A stretch of 64,000 bases of DNA from Escherichia coli. Lineage in GTDB: Bacteria > Pseudomonadota > Gammaproteobacteria > Enterobacterales > Enterobacteriaceae. The stretch is taken from NCBI RefSeq assembly GCF_003790525.1, contig NZ_CP033635.1, one strand, 5' to 3'. How positions within the stretch are numbered: position 1 is the stretch's first letter; the number at the start of each line of letters is the position of its first letter. Both the position numbers and the translations under genes were made by a program. Shown piece after piece: positions 54,491 to 64,000 of the stretch. Below the pieces are notes generated by a model that saw only the letters and a list, made by a program, of their open reading frames with translations, had not been told where the DNA came from and searched no databases.

Positions 54491-55608
54491 GCTTCACTCT
54501 CCTGCTGACGATACTGATACCACGCGGCGCACGCTCCTTCGGAGGAAACCATCAGCGCACCAAACGCGGTTTGAGGATTACAGGTGTTACCAAACAGCGG
54601 GCATTGATGCGGCTTACATTTGCCCGTTAATACTTCGCCACAACGTGCGCGCGGGTCATCGCAGACCTGCTGCGGTGCCGGGCGGAAATGCGCTTCGGCA
54701 TCGAATCGTTGATAATCCGGCGTCAGGTGTACACCAGAAGATTCAATCACGCCTAAGCCGCGCCATTCGCTGTCGCCGTTGACACAGAACACATCGGCAA
54801 TCGCCTGTTGCGCCAGCAGGTTACCGGCATCCGGCACCACCCGACGATACTGATTCTCTACCTTGCTGTGGGCCGCTATTTTCTGCTCCACCAGCATGAC
54901 CACGCCTTGCAGTAGATCAAGCGGTTCGAAACCAGCCACCACCAGCGGACGATGAAAATCGCTGGCGATAAAATTATAGGCATCAGTGCCGATCACCATA
55001 CTGACGTGGCCGGGCGCGAGGAACGCGTCGATACCGTTATCCGGCTGTTCCAGCAAACTGCGCAGTGTTGGGATGAGCGTAATGTGCTGGCAGAAGAAGT
55101 AAAAATTCTGCACATCGCGGGCTTTTGCCTGTTGCAGAGTGATGGCGGTGGTCGGCATGGTGGTTTCAAAACCCAAGCCGAAGAACACCACTTTGCGGGT
55201 TGGATTCTCCTGCGCCAGTTTCAACGCATCCATCGGCGAGTAAACGATGCGCACATCGGCACCGCGTGCCTTTGCCTGTAACAGCGAACCCTGTTTCCCT
55301 GGTACGCGCATGGCGTCGCCAAAGGTACAGAAGATGACTTCCGGATGGCTGGCAATCTCCACGCAGGTGTCGATTCTACCCATCGGCAGTACACACACCG
55401 GGCAACCGGGACCGTGGATAAACTCAACGTTTTCCGGCAGCAACTGGTCGAGGCCGAATTTAAAAATGGCGTGGGTATGACCGCCACACACTTCCATAAT
55501 CCGCAGAGGGCGTTCGGCGGTGTAAGAGAGATGTGAAGCACGTTCGCGCAGATGCTCAATTAACTGCATCACCTGTTCCGGCGCGCGATATTCATCAACA
55601 AAACGCAT
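54487..55608 (-). CDS. hypD: hydrogenase maturation protein HypD
   Basis: 373 aa; conserved cysteine motifs. Confidence 0.9.
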   Translation of the reverse strand: MRFVDEYRAPEQVMQLIEHLRERASHLSYTAERPLRIMEVCGGHTHAIFKFGLDQLLPENVEFIHGPGCPVCVLPMGRIDTCVEIASHPEVIFCTFGDAMRVPGKQGSLLQAKARGADVRIVYSPMDALKLAQENPTRKVVFFGLGFETTMPTTAITLQQAKARDVQNFYFFCQHITLIPTLRSLLEQPDNGIDAFLAPGHVSMVIGTDAYNFIASDFHRPLVVAGFEPLDLLQGVVMLVEQKIAAHSKVENQYRRVVPDAGNLLAQQAIADVFCVNGDSEWRGLGVIESSGVHLTPDYQRFDAEAHFRPAPQQVCDDPRARCGEVLTGKCKPHQCPLFGNTCNPQTAFGALMVSSEGACAAWYQYRQQESEA

Positions 55609-55880
55609 TATTTTTCCTCGCCATACAACAGCGCACCGACATCCGGCTCAACGTCAAACATGTTTTGTAAGGCGTCGAGAGTGTCGCGCGCTTCGGCTTC
55701 ATTAATTACGCTCATGGCAAAGCCAACGTGAACCAGTACCCACTGGCCTACGCGTGGCTGACCGTTTTCATCGCAGCTGCCGACTAACGTTAAATCGACA
55801 TCGCGCTGAATGCCGCAGACGTCGACTTTCGCCTGGTTGCCGTCAATGGTGCGGATCTGGCCGGGAACGCCTATGCACAT
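55608..55880 (-). CDS. hypC: hydrogenase maturation chaperone HypC
   Basis: Start taken at MCIGVPGQI (90 aa). Confidence 0.9.
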   Translation of the reverse strand: MCIGVPGQIRTIDGNQAKVDVCGIQRDVDLTLVGSCDENGQPRVGQWVLVHVGFAMSVINEAEARDTLDALQNMFDVEPDVGALLYGEEK

Positions 55881-56743
55881 CGCTGTGTCTCCAGCCAGTT
55901 CAGCCACTGGTCCATCCCTTCGCCGCTGGTGGCGGAAATAAGGATGATTTCAATTTCTGGATTGACTTCGCGGGCGCAGGCGATGCACTTCTCAACGTCA
56001 AAGTTGAGATACGGCAGCAGGTCAACTTTGTTGAGCAGCATCAGTGAGGCGGCGGCAAACATATGTGGATATTTCAGCGGTTTGTCTTCACCTTCGGTAA
56101 CGGAAAGCACCGCCACTTTGTGTTTTTCACCGAGATCGAAGCTCGCCGGACATACGAGGTTGCCAACGTTTTCGATAAACAGAATACCGTTATCGTCCAG
56201 TGGCAGGCGCGGCGCGGCGTCGGCGATCATCTGTGCGTCAAGATGGCAACCTTTACCGGTATTCACCTGAATCGCTGGTGTGCCGGTAGCACGAATGCGT
56301 GCGGCATCGTTCACGGTTTGCTGATCGCCTTCAATAACCGCGCACGGAACGCTGTCTTTCAGGCGCATTAAGGTTTCCGTCAGCAGGGTGGTTTTACCGG
56401 AACCAGGGCTGGAAACCAGGTTGAGCACCAGTTGCTTGCGGGCAGCAAAGCGCGCGCGGTTGCGTTCAGCCAGACGGTTGTTTTTGTCCAGCACGTCAAT
56501 TTCGACTTCCAGCATCCGACGCTGGCTCATGCCCGGCGCGTGAGTGCCCGCTTCGCCATGACCGTAATGCAGGTCGCCTTCTTCAGTCTGGCTGGGGGTA
56601 AATTCAGGCGCTTTAATGCCGGTGATTTTCATCTTCGGGCGTGCCGCCGGGGCAAATGGCGCGCTACGAAACGCGGAATGAGGGTTATGTTCATCACCCT
56701 CAATATAGAGGTTGCCTTCACCGCAACCGCATGTTGTACACAT
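55871..56743 (-). CDS. hypB: hydrogenase nickel-incorporation GTPase HypB
   Basis: 290 aa; [11 protein letters not shown]-terminus; P-loop GSPGSGKT. Confidence 0.9.
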   Translation of the reverse strand: MCTTCGCGEGNLYIEGDEHNPHSAFRSAPFAPAARPKMKITGIKAPEFTPSQTEEGDLHYGHGEAGTHAPGMSQRRMLEVEIDVLDKNNRLAERNRARFAARKQLVLNLVSSPGSGKTTLLTETLMRLKDSVPCAVIEGDQQTVNDAARIRATGTPAIQVNTGKGCHLDAQMIADAAPRLPLDDNGILFIENVGNLVCPASFDLGEKHKVAVLSVTEGEDKPLKYPHMFAAASLMLLNKVDLLPYLNFDVEKCIACAREVNPEIEIILISATSGEGMDQWLNWLETQRCA

Positions 56744-56746
56744 CGC

Positions 56747-57097
56747 TCACTCCTGGTCTATTTCTATCCGCCGAATCTGTAAACCGTCGTCTGCCACAAT
56801 CTGTAGCATGTCACCATGACACTGTGGACAGCGGCGGACGCGCTGGGTCAGTAGCGTCACATACTGTTGGCATGTTTCACACCAGCATTCGGCCTCTTGT
56901 TCTTCGAGGTGCAGTTTACAACCTTCCGCCATGCTGCCGCGGCAAACCAGATCAAAACAAAAGGCAAGAGAGCTGGTTTCGACACAAGAAAATGCGCCAA
57001 TTTTGAGCCAGACCCCAGTTACGCGTTTTGCGCCGTGTTTTGCGGCCTGCTGTTCGATCAATTCCAGTGCCCGTTGGCAGAGGGTTATTTCGTGCAT
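56747..57097 (-). CDS. hypA: hydrogenase maturation factor HypA
   Basis: Start taken at MHEITLCQRAL (116 aa); zinc-finger CxxC pairs. Confidence 0.9.
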   Translation of the reverse strand: MHEITLCQRALELIEQQAAKHGAKRVTGVWLKIGAFSCVETSSLAFCFDLVCRGSMAEGCKLHLEEQEAECWCETCQQYVTLLTQRVRRCPQCHGDMLQIVADDGLQIRRIEIDQE

Positions 57098-57126
57098 ATC
57101 GCCTCCCATTAACTATTGCCAGCTAC

Positions 57127-57143
57127 AAGCAATAATTGTGCCA
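57127..57143 (-). promoter_or_regulatory. sigma-54 (-24/-12) promoter for the hyp operon
   Basis: Reverse complement reads TGGCAC-AATTA-TTGCTT, a full match to the TGGCAC-N5-TTGCW consensus, about 30 bp upstream of hypA. Confidence 0.6.
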
Positions 57144-57169
57144 GTGTTGATTATCCCTGCGGTGAATAA

Positions 57170-57191
57170 TGTCGATGATGTCGAAATGACA
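57170..57191. promoter_or_regulatory. candidate FhlA upstream activating sequence in the hypA-hycA intergenic region
   Basis: TGTCGATGATGTCGAAATGACA, followed by CGTCGACACGGCGACG; closely resembles a second copy at 57821-57846. Confidence 0.45.
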
Positions 57192-57256
57192 CGTCGACAC
57201 GGCGACGAAATTCATCTTTAGCTTAAAAATCTCTTTAATAACAATAAATTAAAAGT

Positions 57257-57273
57257 TGGCACAGAAAATGCTT
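57257..57273 (+). promoter_or_regulatory. sigma-54 (-24/-12) promoter for the hyc operon
   Basis: TGGCAC-AGAAA-ATGCTT about 36 bp upstream of the hycA ATG. Confidence 0.65.
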
Positions 57274-57308
57274 AAAGCTGGCATCTCTGTTAAACGGGTA
57301 ACCTGACA

Positions 57309-57770
57309 ATGACTATTTGGGAAATAAGCGAGAAAGCCGATTACATCGCACAGCGGCATCGTCGCCTACAGGACCAGTGGCACATCTACTGTAATTCGCT
57401 GGTTCAGGGGATCACGTTATCGAAAGCGCGCCTGCATCACGCCATGAGCTGCGCGCCGGACAAAGAACTCTGTTTCGTCCTTTTTGAACATTTTCGTATT
57501 TATGTCACCCTGGCGGATGGCTTTAACAGCCACACCATCGAGTATTACGTCGAAACAAAAGAGGGTGAAGACAAACAGTGGATTGCGCAGGCGCAACTGA
57601 GCATTGACGGCATGATTGATGGCAAGGTCAACATCCGCGATCGGGAACAGGTTCTGGAACACTATCTCGAAAAAATCGCTGGCGTTTACGACAGCTTATA
57701 TACCGCCATTGAAAACAATGTGCCGGTGAATTTAAGCCAACTGGTAAAGGGACAAAGCCCGGCAGCATGA
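57309..57770 (+). CDS. hycA: formate hydrogenlyase regulatory protein HycA
   Basis: 153 aa; first gene of the hyc operon. Confidence 0.9.
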   Translation: MTIWEISEKADYIAQRHRRLQDQWHIYCNSLVQGITLSKARLHHAMSCAPDKELCFVLFEHFRIYVTLADGFNSHTIEYYVETKEGEDKQWIAQAQLSIDGMIDGKVNIRDREQVLEHYLEKIAGVYDSLYTAIENNVPVNLSQLVKGQSPAA

Positions 57771-57820
57771 GCTGAGGCTTTGCCCGTTTTGCAGGCGTTA
57801 CGCCTGTTTGGGGATGGGCG

Positions 57821-57846
57821 TGTCGATGAGTGTCGAAAATGACATT
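57821..57846. promoter_or_regulatory. second FhlA-UAS-like motif in the hycA-hycB intergenic region
   Basis: TGTCGATGAGTGTCGAAAATGACATT, near-identical in pattern to 57170-57191. Confidence 0.4.
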
Positions 57847-57894
57847 TCATCGGCATGTTTTCGTCAAAAATGACAATCACCTGAGGAATGCCTG

Positions 57895-58506
57895 GTGAAT
57901 CGTTTTGTAATTGCTGACTCCACGCTCTGTATCGGCTGCCACACTTGTGAGGCTGCCTGTTCAGAGACGCATCGCCAGCACGGCCTGCAATCAATGCCGC
58001 GCCTGCGAGTGATGCTCAATGAAAAAGAATCTGCGCCGCAGCTCTGTCACCACTGTGAAGATGCGCCCTGTGCGGTGGTTTGCCCGGTTAACGCCATCAC
58101 CCGCGTTGATGGGGCCGTGCAGTTGAATGAAAGTCTGTGCGTAAGCTGCAAACTGTGCGGCATCGCCTGCCCGTTTGGCGCAATTGAATTTTCCGGCAGC
58201 CGTCCGCTGGATATTCCGGCAAACGCCAATACCCCGAAAGCGCCACCGGCACCGCCTGCTCCGGCGCGTGTCAGCACATTGCTTGACTGGGTGCCAGGTA
58301 TTCGCGCGATCGCCGTCAAATGTGACCTTTGTAGTTTTGATGAACAAGGTCCGGCCTGCGTGCGGATGTGCCCGACTAAAGCCCTGCATCTGGTGGATAA
58401 CACCGATATCGCCCGCGTCAGCAAACGTAAGCGTGAGCTGACTTTTAACACGGACTTTGGCGATCTCACCTTGTTTCAGCAGGCTCAAAGTGGAGAGGCT
58501 AAATGA
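57895..58506 (+). CDS. hycB: formate hydrogenlyase subunit 2 (4Fe-4S ferredoxin-type)
   Basis: 203 aa, GTG start; multiple CxxCxxCxxxCP motifs. Confidence 0.9.
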   Translation: MNRFVIADSTLCIGCHTCEAACSETHRQHGLQSMPRLRVMLNEKESAPQLCHHCEDAPCAVVCPVNAITRVDGAVQLNESLCVSCKLCGIACPFGAIEFSGSRPLDIPANANTPKAPPAPPAPARVSTLLDWVPGIRAIAVKCDLCSFDEQGPACVRMCPTKALHLVDNTDIARVSKRKRELTFNTDFGDLTLFQQAQSGEAK

Positions 58507-60329
58507 GCGCAATTTCCCTGATCAATAGCGGCGTGGCGTGGTTTGTCGCCGCCGCTGTTCTGGCATTTCTCTTTTCTTTTCAAAAGGCGCTAAGCGGCTG
58601 GATAGCCGGAATTGGCGGCGCGGTTGGTAGCCTGTATACGGCAGCCGCGGGCTTTACTGTGCTGACTGGCGCGGTTGGCGTGAGCGGTGCGCTGTCGCTG
58701 GTAAGCTACGATGTGCAAATCTCTCCGCTTAACGCGATTTGGCTGATTACGCTCGGTCTGTGCGGTCTGTTTGTCAGCCTCTACAACATTGACTGGCATC
58801 GCCACGCGCAGGTGAAGTGCAACGGCTTGCAGATCAATATGTTGATGGCTGCCGCCGTCTGCGCCGTCATTGCCAGCAACCTCGGCATGTTCGTGGTAAT
58901 GGCCGAAGTCATGGCCTTGTGTGCGGTGTTCCTCACCAGCAACAGCAAAGAGGGCAAACTGTGGTTTGCGCTGGGGCGTCTTGGCACTCTGCTGCTGGCG
59001 ATTGCTTGCTGGCTGCTGTGGCAGCGTTACGGCACGCTGGATCTGCGCCTGCTGGATATGCGTATGCAACAGTTGCCGCTCGGTTCCGATATCTGGCTGC
59101 TCGGTGTGATTGGCTTTGGCCTGCTGGCCGGGATTATTCCGCTGCACGGCTGGGTGCCGCAGGCACATGCTAACGCCTCTGCGCCAGCTGCCGCGTTGTT
59201 TTCCACGGTAGTCATGAAAATTGGCCTGCTGGGCATTTTAACCCTGTCACTGCTGGGCGGTAATGCACCGCTGTGGTGGGGGATCGCACTGCTGGTACTC
59301 GGCATGATCACCGCATTCGTCGGCGGTCTGTATGCGTTGATGGAACATAATATCCAACGTCTGCTGGCTTACCACACCCTGGAGAATATCGGCATTATCC
59401 TGCTGGGGCTGGGCGCTGGCGTAACGGGTATCGCGCTCGAACAACCGGCGCTGATTGCCCTTGGTCTGGTCGGTGGTCTGTACCATCTGCTTAACCATAG
59501 CCTGTTCAAAAGCGTGCTTTTCCTCGGGGCGGGGAGCGTCTGGTTCCGTACCGGTCATCGCGATATCGAAAAACTCGGTGGTATTGGCAAGAAAATGCCG
59601 GTTATCTCCATCGCCATGTTAGTCGGGCTGATGGCAATGGCTGCGCTGCCGCCACTGAACGGGTTTGCCGGGGAATGGGTTATCTATCAATCCTTCTTCA
59701 AACTGAGCAATAGTGGCGCGTTTGTTGCCCGTCTTCTCGGGCCGCTGCTTGCCGTGGGGCTGGCAATTACCGGTGCGCTGGCGGTGATGTGTATGGCGAA
59801 AGTTTATGGCGTTACTTTCCTCGGCGCGCCGCGTACCAAAGAGGCCGAAAACGCCACCTGTGCGCCGCTCCTGATGAGCGTAAGCGTAGTGGCACTGGCG
59901 ATTTGCTGCGTAATTGGCGGTGTTGCTGCGCCGTGGCTACTGCCGATGCTCTCTGCTGCTGTACCTCTGCCGCTGGAGCCTGCTAACACCACCGTTTCTC
60001 AACCCATGATCACGTTGCTGCTGATTGCCTGCCCGCTGCTGCCATTCATCATTATGGCGATTTGCAAAGGCGATCGTTTGCCGTCGCGTTCCCGCGGCGC
60101 GGCCTGGGTGTGCGGCTACGATCATGAAAAATCAATGGTGATTACCGCTCACGGTTTTGCCATGCCGGTGAAACAGGCGTTTGCGCCGGTGCTGAAACTA
60201 CGCAAATGGCTGAATCCGGTGTCGCTGGTGCCGGGCTGGCAGTGCGAGGGGAGTGCGTTGCTGTTCCGCCGGATGGCGCTGGTTGAACTGGCGGTGCTGG
60301 TGGTGATTATTGTTTCACGAGGAGCCTGA
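58503..60329 (+). CDS. hycC: formate hydrogenlyase subunit 3 (membrane antiporter-like)
   Basis: 608 aa polytopic membrane protein. Confidence 0.9.
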   Translation: MSAISLINSGVAWFVAAAVLAFLFSFQKALSGWIAGIGGAVGSLYTAAAGFTVLTGAVGVSGALSLVSYDVQISPLNAIWLITLGLCGLFVSLYNIDWHRHAQVKCNGLQINMLMAAAVCAVIASNLGMFVVMAEVMALCAVFLTSNSKEGKLWFALGRLGTLLLAIACWLLWQRYGTLDLRLLDMRMQQLPLGSDIWLLGVIGFGLLAGIIPLHGWVPQAHANASAPAAALFSTVVMKIGLLGILTLSLLGGNAPLWWGIALLVLGMITAFVGGLYALMEHNIQRLLAYHTLENIGIILLGLGAGVTGIALEQPALIALGLVGGLYHLLNHSLFKSVLFLGAGSVWFRTGHRDIEKLGGIGKKMPVISIAMLVGLMAMAALPPLNGFAGEWVIYQSFFKLSNSGAFVARLLGPLLAVGLAITGALAVMCMAKVYGVTFLGAPRTKEAENATCAPLLMSVSVVALAICCVIGGVAAPWLLPMLSAAVPLPLEPANTTVSQPMITLLLIACPLLPFIIMAICKGDRLPSRSRGAAWVCGYDHEKSMVITAHGFAMPVKQAFAPVLKLRKWLNPVSLVPGWQCEGSALLFRRMALVELAVLVVIIVSRGA

Positions 60330-60331
60330 GA

Positions 60332-61255
60332 ATGAGTGTTTTATATCCGTTAATTCAGGCGCTGGTGTTATTTGCCGTTGCGCCGCTGCTCTCCGGTATA
60401 ACCCGCGTGGCGCGCGCCCGCTTGCATAACCGTCGCGGGCCGGGCGTGTTGCAGGAGTATCGCGACATTATCAAACTGCTGGGTCGCCAGAGCGTTGGCC
60501 CGGATGCCTCCGGCTGGGTGTTCCGCCTGACGCCGTATGTGATGGTGGGCGTCATGCTGACTATCGCCACTGCGCTGCCGGTGGTGACCGTCGGTTCTCC
60601 GCTGCCGCAACTGGGCGATTTGATCACCTTACTGTATCTCTTCGCCATCGCGCGTTTCTTCTTTGCCATTTCTGGTCTGGATACCGGTAGCCCGTTTACC
60701 GCTATCGGCGCGAGCCGTGAAGCGATGCTTGGCGTGTTGGTTGAACCGATGCTGCTGCTTGGTCTGTGGGTCGCCGCACAGGTTGCCGGTTCCACCAACA
60801 TCAGCAACATCACCGACACCGTTTATCACTGGCCACTGAGCCAGAGCATCCCGCTGGTGCTGGCGCTTTGTGCCTGTGCGTTCGCCACTTTTATCGAAAT
60901 GGGCAAACTGCCGTTCGACCTGGCGGAAGCCGAGCAGGAGTTGCAGGAAGGTCCGCTCTCTGAGTACAGCGGCAGCGGTTTTGGCGTCATGAAATGGGGC
61001 ATCAGCCTGAAACAGCTGGTGGTGTTGCAGATGTTCGTCGGGGTGTTTATTCCGTGGGGACAAATGGAAACCTTCACCGTCGGTGGGCTGCTGCTGGCAC
61101 TGGTGATTGCCATCGTCAAACTGGTGGTCGGCGTACTGGTTATCGCGCTGTTCGAAAACAGCATGGCCCGTCTGCGTCTTGATATTACTCCGCGCATTAC
61201 CTGGGCTGGGTTTGGCTTTGCATTTTTAGCGTTCGTCTCCTTGCTGGCGGCGTGA
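60332..61255 (+). CDS. hycD: formate hydrogenlyase subunit 4 (membrane)
   Basis: 307 aa membrane protein. Confidence 0.9.
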   Translation: MSVLYPLIQALVLFAVAPLLSGITRVARARLHNRRGPGVLQEYRDIIKLLGRQSVGPDASGWVFRLTPYVMVGVMLTIATALPVVTVGSPLPQLGDLITLLYLFAIARFFFAISGLDTGSPFTAIGASREAMLGVLVEPMLLLGLWVAAQVAGSTNISNITDTVYHWPLSQSIPLVLALCACAFATFIEMGKLPFDLAEAEQELQEGPLSEYSGSGFGVMKWGISLKQLVVLQMFVGVFIPWGQMETFTVGGLLLALVIAIVKLVVGVLVIALFENSMARLRLDITPRITWAGFGFAFLAFVSLLAA

Positions 61256-61272
61256 TTAAAGAGAGTTTGAGC

Positions 61273-62982
61273 ATGTCTGAAGAAAAATTAGGTCAACATT
61301 ATCTCGCCGCGCTGAATGAGGCATTTCCGGGCGTCGTGCTGGACCACGCCTGGCAGACCAAAGATCAGCTAACCGTCACCGTGAAGGTGAACTACCTGCC
61401 GGAAGTGGTGGAGTTTCTCTACTACAAACAAGGGGGCTGGCTGTCGGTGCTGTTTGGTAACGACGAACGCAAACTGAATGGTCATTACGCCGTTTACTAC
61501 GTGCTGTCGATGGAGAAGGGCACCAAATGCTGGATAACCGTGCGCGTCGAAGTTGACGCCAACAAACCGGAATATCCGTCCGTGACACCGCGCGTTCCGG
61601 CGGCGGTGTGGGGCGAGCGCGAAGTGCGCGATATGTACGGTTTGATTCCGGTAGGGCTTCCGGATGAACGTCGTCTGGTGCTGCCGGATGACTGGCCGGA
61701 TGAACTTTATCCGCTGCGTAAAGACAGCATGGATTATCGTCAGCGTCCGGCACCGACTACCGATGCTGAAACCTACGAGTTCATCAACGAACTGGGCGAC
61801 AAGAAAAACAATGTCGTGCCGATTGGTCCGCTGCACGTCACTTCTGACGAACCGGGTCACTTCCGTCTGTTCGTCGATGGCGAAAACATTATCGACGCCG
61901 ACTACCGCCTGTTCTATGTCCATCGCGGCATGGAAAAACTGGCGGAAACCCGCATGGGTTACAACGAAGTGACCTTCCTCTCTGACCGTGTGTGCGGGAT
62001 CTGCGGCTTTGCTCACAGCACCGCCTACACCACGTCGGTGGAAAACGCGATGGGTATTCAGGTGCCAGAACGTGCGCAGATGATCCGCGCCATTCTGCTG
62101 GAGGTGGAACGCCTGCACTCGCATCTGCTCAACCTCGGCCTGGCCTGTCACTTTACCGGCTTCGACTCCGGCTTTATGCAGTTCTTCCGCGTGCGTGAAA
62201 CCTCCATGAAAATGGCAGAGATCCTTACCGGTGCACGTAAAACCTACGGCCTGAACCTGATCGGCGGGATTCGTCGCGATCTGCTGAAAGACGACATGAT
62301 CCAGACCCGCCAGCTGGCACAACAGATGCGTCGTGAAGTGCAGGAGCTGGTGGATGTGCTGCTGAGCACACCGAACATGGAACAACGCACCGTCGGCATT
62401 GGTCGTCTGGACCCGGAAATCGCTCGCGACTTCAGTAACGTTGGCCCGATGGTCCGTGCCAGCGGTCATGCCCGTGATACCCGTGCCGATCACCCGTTTG
62501 TTGGTTATGGCCTGCTGCCAATGGAAGTCCACAGCGAGCAGGGCTGCGACGTTATTTCCCGTCTGAAAGTGCGTATCAACGAAGTCTATACCGCGCTGAA
62601 TATGATCGATTACGGTCTGGATAACCTGCCGGGCGGCCCGCTGATGGTGGAAGGCTTTACCTACATTCCGCACCGTTTCGCGCTGGGCTTTGCCGAAGCG
62701 CCGCGCGGCGACGATATCCACTGGAGCATGACCGGCGACAACCAGAAGCTGTACCGCTGGCGCTGCCGTGCGGCGACCTACGCAAACTGGCCGACCCTGC
62801 GCTACATGCTGCGCGGCAACACCGTTTCCGATGCGCCGTTGATTATCGGTAGCCTGGACCCTTGCTACTCCTGTACCGACCGCATGACCGTGGTCGATGT
62901 ACGTAAGAAGAAGAGCAAAGTGGTGCCGTACAAAGAACTCGAGCGCTACAGCATTGAGCGTAAAAACTCGCCGCTGAAATAA
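61273..62982 (+). CDS. hycE: hydrogenase 3 large subunit
   Basis: Start taken at MSEEKLGQHYL (569 aa); NiFe-site motif RVCGICGFAH. Confidence 0.9.
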   Translation: MSEEKLGQHYLAALNEAFPGVVLDHAWQTKDQLTVTVKVNYLPEVVEFLYYKQGGWLSVLFGNDERKLNGHYAVYYVLSMEKGTKCWITVRVEVDANKPEYPSVTPRVPAAVWGEREVRDMYGLIPVGLPDERRLVLPDDWPDELYPLRKDSMDYRQRPAPTTDAETYEFINELGDKKNNVVPIGPLHVTSDEPGHFRLFVDGENIIDADYRLFYVHRGMEKLAETRMGYNEVTFLSDRVCGICGFAHSTAYTTSVENAMGIQVPERAQMIRAILLEVERLHSHLLNLGLACHFTGFDSGFMQFFRVRETSMKMAEILTGARKTYGLNLIGGIRRDLLKDDMIQTRQLAQQMRREVQELVDVLLSTPNMEQRTVGIGRLDPEIARDFSNVGPMVRASGHARDTRADHPFVGYGLLPMEVHSEQGCDVISRLKVRINEVYTALNMIDYGLDNLPGGPLMVEGFTYIPHRFALGFAEAPRGDDIHWSMTGDNQKLYRWRCRAATYANWPTLRYMLRGNTVSDAPLIIGSLDPCYSCTDRMTVVDVRKKKSKVVPYKELERYSIERKNSPLK

Positions 62983-62991
62983 GGAATCGCC

Positions 62992-63534
62992 ATGTTTACC
63001 TTTATCAAAAAAGTCATCAAAACCGGCACGGCGACCTCGTCTTATCCGCTGGAGCCGATTGCGGTTGATAAAAACTTCCGTGGTAAGCCAGAGCAGAACC
63101 CGCAGCAGTGCATCGGCTGCTCGGCCTGCGTCAATGCCTGCCCGTCAAACGCCTTAACGGTTGAAACTGACCTCGCCACAGGAGAGCTTGCCTGGGAGTT
63201 TAATCTCGGGCGCTGCATCTTCTGTGGACGCTGCGAAGAAGTTTGCCCGACGGCGGCGATCAAACTGTCGCAAGAGTACGAACTGGCGGTGTGGAAGAAA
63301 GAAGACTTCCTGCAACAGTCCCGCTTCGCGCTGTGCAACTGTCGCGTCTGCAATCGTCCTTTCGCCGTCCAGAAAGAGATCGACTACGCCATTGCGCTGC
63401 TTAAGCACAACGGCGACAGCCGCGCGGAAAACCACCGCGAAAGCTTTGAGACTTGCCCGGAATGTAAGCGCCAGAAATGCCTGGTGCCGTCCGACCGTAT
63501 TGAACTGACTCGCCATATGAAAGAGGCCATCTGA
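62992..63534 (+). CDS. hycF: formate hydrogenlyase subunit 6 (4Fe-4S)
   Basis: 180 aa; two CxxCxxCxxxCP motifs. Confidence 0.9.
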   Translation: MFTFIKKVIKTGTATSSYPLEPIAVDKNFRGKPEQNPQQCIGCSACVNACPSNALTVETDLATGELAWEFNLGRCIFCGRCEEVCPTAAIKLSQEYELAVWKKEDFLQQSRFALCNCRVCNRPFAVQKEIDYAIALLKHNGDSRAENHRESFETCPECKRQKCLVPSDRIELTRHMKEAI

Positions 63535-64000
63535 TGAGCAATTTATTAGGCCCCCGTGACGCTAACGGCATTCCGGTCCCGATGACGGTGGATGAATCCA
63601 TCGCCAGCATGAAGGCGTCGTTACTGAAAAAAATCAAACGTTCTGCCTACGTTTACCGCGTGGACTGCGGCGGCTGCAACGGCTGTGAAATCGAAATTTT
63701 CGCCACGCTTTCGCCGCTGTTCGATGCAGAACGCTTCGGCATTAAAGTCGTCCCGTCACCGCGTCATGCGGATATTTTACTGTTTACCGGCGCGGTCACC
63801 CGTGCAATGCGATCCCCTGCGCTGCGTGCGTGGCAGTCCGCGCCGGACCCGAAAATCTGTATCTCCTACGGTGCCTGCGGTAACAGCGGCGGGATCTTCC
63901 ACGATCTCTACTGCGTGTGGGGCGGTACGGATAAAATCGTCCCGGTAGATGTCTACATCCCTGGCTGCCCGCCAACGCCAGCCGCTACGCTATACGGCTT
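63534..64000 (+). CDS. hycG: hydrogenase 3 small subunit; N-terminal part only, runs off the window end
   Basis: ATG at 63534 overlapping the hycF stop (TGATG); [31 protein letters not shown]...; frame open to position 64000. Confidence 0.85.
   Translation, partial: MSNLLGPRDANGIPVPMTVDESIASMKASLLKKIKRSAYVYRVDCGGCNGCEIEIFATLSPLFDAERFGIKVVPSPRHADILLFTGAVTRAMRSPALRAWQSAPDPKICISYGACGNSGGIFHDLYCVWGGTDKIVPVDVYIPGCPPTPAATLYG

Noticed and set aside
61369-62721. 450-aa minus-strand ORF inside hycE
   Set aside because: Antisense to hycE; low-complexity product; hycE itself has clear hydrogenase large-subunit motifs.

Overview
This window reads as an Escherichia coli-type chromosomal segment (identified from the translated ORFs and gene order, no database search was run). 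In order it carries: a sucrose (scr) utilisation island (scrB partial, scrA, scrY, scrK, all minus strand); the poorly characterised ygc catabolic cluster (ygcE, yqcE, ygcW, ygcU, ygcS, ygcR, ygcQ, ygcP, ygcO, ygcN) and queD; cysJIH; a Hok-family toxin ORF with an IS186 copy inserted just 3' of it; a complete type I-E CRISPR-Cas locus (cas3, cse1, cse2, cas7, cas5, cas6e, cas1, cas2, leader, 23-repeat array); iap; cysDNC, ygbE, ftsB, ispDF, truD, surE, pcm, nlpD, rpoS; a variable rpoS-mutS segment with a MarR-family regulator and a UbiX/UbiD-type decarboxylase cluster; pphB, mutS, ygbA; a Mop/TOBE-domain gene; fhlA, hypEDCBA and hycABCDEFG (hycG runs off the end). The most interesting unexplained structure is in the ygc cluster: the divergent yqcE/ygcW control region has a perfect CRP core site flanked on each side by a leader hairpin plus T8 tract 24 nt before the start codon, in a locus that encodes a GlpP-family antiterminator (YgcP) and a FixABCX-like electron-transfer module. 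Other points worth a second look are the hok/IS186 junction upstream of cas3, the repeat polymorphism in the CRISPR array, and the Mop-like gene after fhlA. Gene starts were refined from the ORF track by N-terminal sequence and Shine-Dalgarno position; statements about what strain K-12 does or does not carry are from memory and need a comparison to confirm.
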